A DNA stretch of 64,000 nt from Octopus vulgaris. Lineage: Eukaryota. The DNA lies in contig OX597834.1 in assembly GCA_951406725.2 (NCBI GenBank), positions 29,450,001-29,514,000 of the forward strand. The letters run 5' to 3'. Each line of letters begins with the position of its first letter. Within the stretch, counting starts at the first letter, position 1. The position numbers and the translations under genes are program-made. The notes beneath the pieces were generated by a model. The model was not told the origin of the DNA, made no database searches, and worked only from the letters and a program-made list of their open reading frames with translations. This document shows, piece after piece, positions 55,189 to 64,000 of this stretch.

Positions 55189-55208
55189 TATATATATATA
55201 TGTATATA

Positions 55209-55255
<47 letters not shown>

Positions 55256-55344
55256 GCATATATACATACGTATATATGCATATATACATATGTATATATG
55301 CATACATACATATTTATATATGCATATATAAATATATGTATATA

Positions 55345-55383
<39 letters not shown>

Positions 55384-55530
55384 ACATATATACACACATC
55401 TATAAACATATCTATCAATATATATACATATATATATATATACACACACACACATAAATGCACATGCATGCACACACACACACACACATCTGTTTAATCT
55501 ATAAGGGAAAGCAAAATACTCCCTTGCCTC

Positions 55531-55594
55531 TTGACTCAGAGTTTTGTGTTTCCGCTTTCCCTGGTGGAGAACGGAAACACTAAACTTTGATCGA
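55531..55594 (+). ncRNA. Candidate pre-miRNA-like hairpin
   Basis: TCAGAGTTTTGTGTTTCCGCTTTCC-CTGGT-GGAGAACGGAAACACTAAACTTTGA: 23 of 25 positions paired (2 G-U), short basal extension, single copy in this window. Confidence 0.35.
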
Positions 55595-55936
55595 AGCCTT
55601 AACTTCCAGCAAATACACACATACAAACAAACATATACATACCTACACACACATATATATATATATAGGAGAAAGAAACAGGGATGAAGAGTGAGGTAGG
55701 GGCAAATGTCTGGCTTGGCAAGCTGGAATCCTGATTGGGTATATTTCATGCTATTATCAATGCCATGATCCATGGGAAAGGCATAAATATCACAGCATTC
55801 CATGTGTATGTCTTTTATTTATTTATAGTCTCATGAATTTGTGTATGATTGGAATTATGAACAAGCATGCAGACATACATACATACACTATGTATGTCCC
55901 CCTCCTCCTCCTCCTCATCATCATCATCACCATCAC

Positions 55937-55974
<38 letters not shown>

Positions 55975-56718
55975 AAAAACATTCACTTTCCTTGTTTTGT
56001 ATGCATGAAAGTGTCGAGCAGAAAGGCGTGAGTGTGTGTGCAGGTGCACTAACATTACTGAGTGAAATTAGTAAAGATTGAAAATATATCAAAGGGGGTA
56101 CCAGTAATTCAATGGGCTCGCCTTGTTACATCCTGCATTATGTTGATTCTACCTGGAGATTGCTTCAAGTGTACGTGTATGCATGTATGTCTGTAATACT
56201 TACTAAGTTGTATATTTCAAAGAGTAAGATACTCAGTTGATCATGCAACTGAAGTACTCATTATTGAAACTCATTATAGAATACTCAAACTATTCTATAC
56301 TTATAATGTCAGTACTTGTTTGTGTGTATGCATCTGTCAGACATGCACATGTAAATATGTGCATGTATATATGTTATGTATATGTATATGTATATGTATA
56401 TATGTATCTGTGTGCATGTCTGAATGCATATATATATTCACATATACATGCATGTATGGTAAATATAATAAAAAAAAAACAATCCCCGGAAACTGGTTGG
56501 GATTGGGGTTGCATTAGCAAAAATTATAGAGTAAAGTTTGTGAATTTGGATAAGTTTCTATGCCATAGGGAGAAGGGGTTACTGACATTTCTAAGAAAGG
56601 AATTTTTTGCCCCCTCTCGCAGACAAAGGGGCAGTCCTGAAATGCCAGATCTCCCTTCTCCCCACAGCCTATCAACTTATTCAAAAATCATTAACTTCAC
56701 TGCATATGTGTTTGTGTA

Positions 56719-56779
<61 letters not shown>

Positions 56780-57847
56780 ACATGCACACAACATATATAG
56801 GGTAATGCAAATGCAGGTTTGTATACAACTTCTGTGTTCTGGACAAACTAACTCTACATTTGTGCGCTGTATTGAAGCCAACAATAGACACAATGTGGAT
56901 TCATTAGGGACCCCTTATTAAATTGTTCACCCTTCTAAAAATAGGAGTCAAATCTGAAATCACAACCTAAAAGCTTTAAATTGGAAGAACATATTGAATT
57001 ATGTATTCTTGGCCATGCTTCCAAATGAAAAAAAAAAGATTGTAACATTCCTTTAATCCCAAGTGTGTTAGATTTGGGTTAATCTGATGTAAAACAACAA
57101 CAGTTGTGAGATTGACTTCAATGCAAAGATTTGTATTCCAAACATTTTAGGTCTCATCAGCCTCATTCAATTTTAACGAGAAGGGTACGACTACATTAAT
57201 TAGTTCAAAGAAGAGCAGCTTGGTCAAGGTGGACGTGTAGCTTGTGGTAGTTCTCATTCTGCAGCTTCAATTAATACTTTCTATATTTATCGTCATTCCC
57301 TTGGAATAAAATATCAATTTGTGATGAGGACATGATGATATTATCAGTTCACTAATGCATGGCAATAGATATCTATCTGGAATGGGATAAGAGATACGCA
57401 GCGTTGGTTTATAATTAGTCACTTTCATTATTGCATTGTTTTTAGCTGTTATGCTTGTCTTTTAACAGCAGCAGCAGCAGTAGTAGCAGTAGTTTCCTCT
57501 GCAGACCCACACCACACCCCTCTGCCCTGTCATTGTACACAATGGATATGTTCAAGCAAAGCTGACCAAAATAAGCCAATAGCAACAACTATAACAATTA
57601 CAATCACTAAAAGAGGTAAATGAAGAAATCATCATCATCATCATCATCATCCTCATCATCATCATCATCTTCATCGTCATCATCGTCATTGTTGTCATCC
57701 TCATCATCATCATCCTTATCATCATCATCTTCGTCATTGTCATTGTCACCATCATCATTATCAGCATCATCATCATCAGCCTCCTCATCATCATCTTCAT
57801 TGTCATCGTCATCATCATCATCATCATCCTCATCATCATCGTCATCG

Positions 57848-57879
<32 letters not shown>

Positions 57880-57915
57880 TTCATCATCATCATCTTCATC
57901 CTCATCATCATCATC

Positions 57916-57950
<35 letters not shown>

Positions 57951-58426
57951 CATCATCTTCATCATCATCATCATCATCACCTTCAACCTCATCATTTTAT
58001 TCATCACTGATAACAAAATTAGTGAAATCATGGACAAGATACCCCGCTGTCTTTAGTTATGACCTGCGCATTCTTAGTTCAAATCTCATAGCTTCCAGCT
58101 TTGCCTTTCGTCCCTCAAGGTTCCATATATTAAGCCCCAGTGATTAACTGCTAACTGACACAGACAGGGTTAACTAAAAAACTCACTTCATATTTGTGAC
58201 TCTTTGATAGCATATGATATCATTTTCTGCTGACTGGACTGAAGCCATATGAAATGAAGAGAGTCACCAAAGAGACAAGCATGGAAGCTGGATCCAGAGT
58301 GATGAGAGACACCAAGTGGAGCCCTTCAAAGAGATGAAGACTAATTCAGTCCTTCTTGCTCCACTTAGGTTGATCATATGGGCTAAGGGGTGAAATGCTT
58401 ACAACGCTATAATATGTGCTGATGAT

Positions 58427-58819
58427 TAGAGCTGCTTTAACCCTTTATCATTTAAACTGGCCCTATCCGGCCAAAAATATTCTGCCTGTTTTATGTTCAA
58501 ACTGGCCAGATCTGGTCTCTCACACCAACCCTACAATATCGTTTTAAAAGTTAACAGCTACCTTATCAAAATCTCATAGCTACAAGATAATGCATGATCA
58601 GTTCAAAACAATGTGGATGAAAAAGCATTAATTTTGGCAGAATAATGCGAACACTAAAGGGTTAAAGCATGAGCACACAGGGCAGTTGCCCAGGGGTCCA
58701 ACAGGTCTAAGGACCCAATTCTGATCTATGTATGCTGTAATTTGCCATAAATAATAAATACATTCGGGCCCATTACATTCATCTGCTCTGGGGCCTAAAA
58801 CGCTTCTAAGAATGCTCTA
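58427..58819. mobile_element. hAT-like MITE with 8-bp TSD, interrupted by a TTAA element
   Basis: Ends TAGAGC...GCTCTA; flanks CTGATGAT (58419-58426) / CTAATGAT (58820-58827), 7/8 match. Confidence 0.6.
58437..58665. mobile_element. piggyBac-like MITE
   Basis: TTAA-CCCTTTA ... TAAAGGG-TTAA; 221 bp between the TTAA sites. Confidence 0.75.
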
Positions 58820-59169
58820 CTAATGATATGGAAAGGTTTTTGATATTGCAGTGGATTCAGAAGAAGGGCTTGCAAACATCTATGAATAGCTTTTGCAGTT
58901 TCTATGTAGGGCGAAGCATCTTTGGTGCTTATTTCACCTTTACGGACATCAATGTAGTCAACTGTGCAACTTGTTCCTCTGCTTTTGAGACCTTTTGGTA
59001 ATGTATGATTGAAGGGGCAAGAAGTACAGCTCCTTGACCAAAAGATACATTAAGCTGTCTGGACCTAGAATTGAAACCAAGATGTAATGATCATGAGACC
59101 AGCATCCAAACCACTACACATCAGTTACATGACAAAAAGAGGAGGCATTTGCCTACATTTACAGTGTCA

Positions 59170-59600
59170 TGGGATTGCCTCCAGAACGCTGTGATTCTAA
59201 AATAAATCTTTAAAACACATGGCTATGCCTGCATCCAACCTGCATGAAAGGCAGATCATAAATGAGGGGAGAGAATAGAGCTGGAAGTTCAAGATATCAG
59301 AGTAAGGAAGACGACTGTGCTGGTATGAACATGTAATTTGAATGGACAATGTGGGCTGAGGGACAAAGTGACATGTGCTGTCAATGGTGGATACCCATAG
59401 AAGAGAAATGCTTGAGAGAAGATGTCATCTGATCAGATCAGATTCCACAATGATGGACCTCACAAAAGGAGATGACAAAAGAATGGTATAATTGGCAGTA
59501 TGTTGTACAGCAGACATGTCCGATGCATGACAGCATGGAAAAACAGATGTTAAACCATCTGGTTGATGATGATAATGATGACAATGTGGGTGATGATGAT
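59170..59600 (+). mobile_element. 3' end of a decayed RTE-type LINE
   Basis: RRLCWYEHVI*MDN at about 59310-59350 resembles the RTE RRLRWFGHVxRMD motif; ends CAGCATGGAAAAACAGATGTTAAA...(GAT)n. Confidence 0.6.
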
Positions 59601-60459
59601 GATGTTGATGATGGTGATTATGGTGGTGGTGGCGGTGGTGGTGGTAATGATGATGACAACGACCAATGATGATGATGATGATGATGGCAACAATGAAGTT
59701 GATATTGGCAATGGTGTTAATGAAGATAATGATTGTGTTGATAAGGACGAAGCTGATGGTGGTTGTCATGATGATGATGATGATGATGATGATGAGAAGG
59801 AGGAGGAAGAGGAGGAGTCAGGAAAGGAAGGAGAGAAGGAGGTGGAAGAGGAAGTGAGGCAATTATGATGATGTTGTTTAACATCAAATCAACTTTGATC
59901 AAGCAGACCTTTTATCGATGGCAATCCTACCATGACAATCCCATCTTCTCAGAAATGCACGCCTAAAAGCTACATTGTTCAATGTGTTCTTTCATCATTT
60001 AAAATGGCAGGTGTGATTTGGTGAAAATTTGGCTGCCTTTTCTAGCATATTGAGTGACCATCTAGAGGTTTCTTGGCTTCGATGGATGTAATTGTGACTG
60101 AAGAACTGATGTTTGTGATGATGATGACTATGATGATGGTGCTTGTGATGTGGGTTACAAGTGATGGTAGAGGCCATTAAGAGGACGATGATGGTGTGGT
60201 GATGGTGGTAGTGATGAAGATGAGGAGGAGGAGGAGGTGAGTGGTGATAGTGGTGATGACGATGACAGACAAGATGACAATAACATAACGTCCAAGACAA
60301 CAATAAGATGAAGGCAGGTAACATTTTATACTTCCTTAGATGTGGGTGCTGTTAATGAAGGTGCCTCCCCCAACACACACACACACATGTGTATGTGTAT
60401 GTATACATACATACATACATATATATATACATATATATATACATATATATATATACATG

Positions 60460-60500
<41 letters not shown>

Positions 60501-60517
60501 CATATATATATATATAC

Positions 60518-60582
<65 letters not shown>

Positions 60583-60809
60583 CATGTGTATATATACAGA
60601 TTGGGTATCAGCAGGGTGTCAGATGCAAAAGTAATGGCTGCTATTGTTGATGAGAATGATGGTGTAGGAGGAGGTGGGGAAAGGGAGAGAAAAATATAAG
60701 GAATATACATGAATGAGTTATACATAAATACACACACACACACACACGCATTTATGTATAAACAGAGAGATTAAGAGAGAGAAATAATTATATATGAATG
60801 TGTTTGTGT

Positions 60810-60855
<46 letters not shown>

Positions 60856-61164
60856 CTAAAAAGAAACAGAATCCAAAAGAGAATAGCAATGGTCTGGGGA
60901 TTTTTTTTTTTGAAGTTTTGACAAAGACCGCATTTAGGAATTAGAGAAAAATTGTGTTTTTATCCTGGATTATGGACGAAAAAAAATTTTTCTCACATCC
61001 CAAAGAATGACTTTATCTGGGACAGATTAACGAATTGTAAACTTTACCAACATGTGCACGTGTTTAGGTTCATAAATTATGCAAGTTTAATAAGGTGAAC
61101 AATTAGCTTTGTAGCTATGTATCTGTTTGTTCATTGTATATGTGTAAAAACTTAGCTACAAACA

Positions 61165-61589
61165 TACTTTCTTTACTCTTTTACTCTTTTACTTGTTTCA
61201 GTCATTTGACTGTGGCCATGCTGGAGCACCGCCTTTAGTCAAGCAAATCGATCCCAGGATTTATTCTTTGTAAGCCCAGTACTTATTCTATCGGTCTCTT
61301 TTGCCGAACCGCTAAGTGACGGGAACGTAAACACACCAGCATCGGTTGTCAAGCAATGCTAGGGGGACAAACACAGACACACAAACATATACACACACAC
61401 ACATATATATATATATACATATATACGACAGGCTTCTTTCAGTTTCCGTCTACCAAATCCACTCACAAAGCATTGGTCGGCCCGGGGTTATAGCAGAAGA
61501 CACTTGCCCAAGATGCCACGCAGTGGGACTGAACCCGGAACCATGTGGTTGGTTAGCAAGCTACTTACCACACAGCCACTCCTGCGCCT
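61165..61589 (-). mobile_element. SINE family A, full length
   Basis: Near-identical to 240-645. Confidence 0.92.
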
Positions 61590-61660
61590 ATACTGTTTCA
61601 GTACTTTGATCATATAATACACACACACACTTGCCCGCTCCCCGTAACATATATATACAT

Positions 61661-62081
61661 AGGCATAGGAGTGGCTGTGTGGTAAGCAGCTTGCTTACGA
61701 ACCACATGGTTCCAGGTTCAGTCTCACTGCGTGGCACCTTGGGTAAGTGTCTTCTACTATAGCCTCGGGCCGACCAAAGCCTTGTGAGTGGATTTGGTAG
61801 ACGGAAACTGAAAGAAGCCCGTCGTATATATGTATATATATTTATGTATGTGTGTTTGTATATATGTTTGTGTGTCTGTGTTTGTCCCCCACCAACATCG
61901 CTTGACAACCGATGCTGGTGTGTTTACGTCCCCGTAACTTAGCGGTTCGGCAAAAGAAACCGATAAAATAAGTACTAGGCTTACAAAGAATAAGTCCTGG
62001 GGGGGCAATTTGATCGACTAAAGGTGGTGCTCCAGCATGGCCACAGTCACATGACTGAAACAAGTAAAAGAGTAAAAGAGT
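61661..62081 (+). mobile_element. SINE family A, full length
   Basis: AGGCATAGGAGTGGCTGTGTGGTAAG head through the AAAAGAGTAAAAGAGT tail. Confidence 0.92.
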
Positions 62082-62086
62082 GGTGA

Positions 62087-62139
<53 letters not shown>

Positions 62140-62928
62140 TGTGTGTGTGTGTGTGTGTGTATTGAAATAGATATATACAAATATAGAAAGATGATAAAAA
62201 GAGACTTCTAAGAACCTAATACAAAAGAAAACCAAAGAAAAACTATTAGGACAAGATAAAGGGAGAGAGAGAGAGAGAGATAGGGGGAGTGAAAGGGTGA
62301 CTGATAGTGAGGGAAAACATGAGGGAGAGAGACGATGAGGAGAGAAAGGATGAGAGAGGGAGAGGGATGATTGGAGGATGGAGACAGAGGGGAACAAAGA
62401 AAGCGACAAAAGAGAGATCTACTGGACTTCAGACTTAGCAGCAATAGTGACCAACCATAGTCGTGAGATTAGGAATAATTATACAGTATCAATGGCTTGT
62501 TTTGTACAAGTTCTGCAAAATAGGAGGGTATTTTAGCAGATTAGGGATTTCAGAGAAAATCAAGTAGAAAGGGAGCCCAAAGTATCGGATATCTTGTAAT
62601 TAGGGTTTTGTCCATTCGTTTCATTTCTGTCACTGACAAACCTTCTTTTGTCTTTCTGCCGTGCTTTACCTCTCTCAGGCCAGCTTTTTGGCTTTTCCAC
62701 TCTTTGCTCTCCTCCTCCTCACCCTCTCTCTCTCTCTCTTTCTCTCTACTTACACTCATCCTCCCACCCCCACCCCACCCTACCTCCCCAACTACTACAG
62801 CATCTCAACTGAAACAGCATCTATAATTTTTACATCTTTTCCTTCCTATTTCTCTCCCTATCACCTTCCTCTTCTTTTTTCTTTTTCCAACTCTCCTACT
62901 TACTTGTCTATCTCTCTACACAATTATT

Positions 62929-62987
<59 letters not shown>

Positions 62988-63000
62988 ATATATATATATA

Positions 63001-63376
<376 letters not shown>

Positions 63377-63377
63377 C

Positions 63378-63418
<41 letters not shown>

Positions 63419-63431
63419 CCTCCTCCTCCTC

Positions 63432-63600
63432 ATCATCATCATCATTTAACATTCACTTTCCATGCTGGCATGGGTTGGATGGCTTGACATGAACTGACAA
63501 TACCAGGGGCTGCACTGGGTCCCACACTGTGCTTTGGCCTGGTTTCCATAGCCAGATGCCCTTTCTAATGTCAATGACATTACTGAGTGGGTCGGCTTCT
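63432..63600 (-). mobile_element. Retroposon family E, diverged
   Basis: (CAT)n-TTTAACATTCACTTTCCATGCTGGCATGGGTTGGA. Confidence 0.7.
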
Positions 63601-63646
63601 GCCTGGCCAGCATCAGTCAAGCCCTGCATGGAAGGCAGACGTTGAT

Positions 63647-63677
<31 letters not shown>

Positions 63678-64000
63678 TTCTCCCCTTGTGCTCTTATGAT
63701 GTAATAATCTGGTTGTAATTTAATGTCAAATCTAATTATTCACAACACATCATCATCATCATCATCATCATCACAGGCAAGTGTTTTCTACTGTAATCCC
63801 AGGGTGATCACGGGGCTTGCGAGTGAATATAGAAGGTGGAAACTGCATGGAAGCCTGTCATGTGCGTGCATGTGTGTGTGTGTGTGTGTGTGTGTGTGGT
63901 GAAAGGACATCATAAAATACAAAAGTACTGAAATCATCATCATCATCATTATAACCATCATCATTATCACTTCCACCACCACCATTACCATCATCACCCT

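Overview
AT-rich, microsatellite-saturated animal genomic DNA. The SINE families and simple-repeat content are consistent with an octopus/coleoid cephalopod genome (inference, not verified). I find no convincing host protein-coding exon: nearly all ORFs in the track are translations of (TA)n, (CA)n, (AAT)n, (GAT)n, (GTA)n or (GAA)n tracts, so the window looks intronic or intergenic. Recognisable content: several tRNA-headed SINE families and related interspersed repeats (labelled A-E here for convenience), a decayed mariner transposase, 3' fragments of CR1-, RTE- and Tx1/L1-type LINEs, a non-autonomous Helitron, TTAA (piggyBac-like) and 8-bp-TSD (hAT-like) MITEs, and a tRNA-like pseudogene. 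The most interesting signal is a dispersed set of short elements, mostly inside (TA)n tracts, carrying minimal type I hammerhead-ribozyme motifs of the kind linked to Penelope-like elements. One has an intact core inside an 81-bp inverted repeat, and two share an unusual CUGUCGA core. Also notable are a pre-miRNA-like hairpin, a SINE insertion that captured about 100 bp of nearby DNA, and an 18-bp minisatellite born at a SINE 5' junction. Coordinates were read by eye; boundaries of old repeats are approximate.
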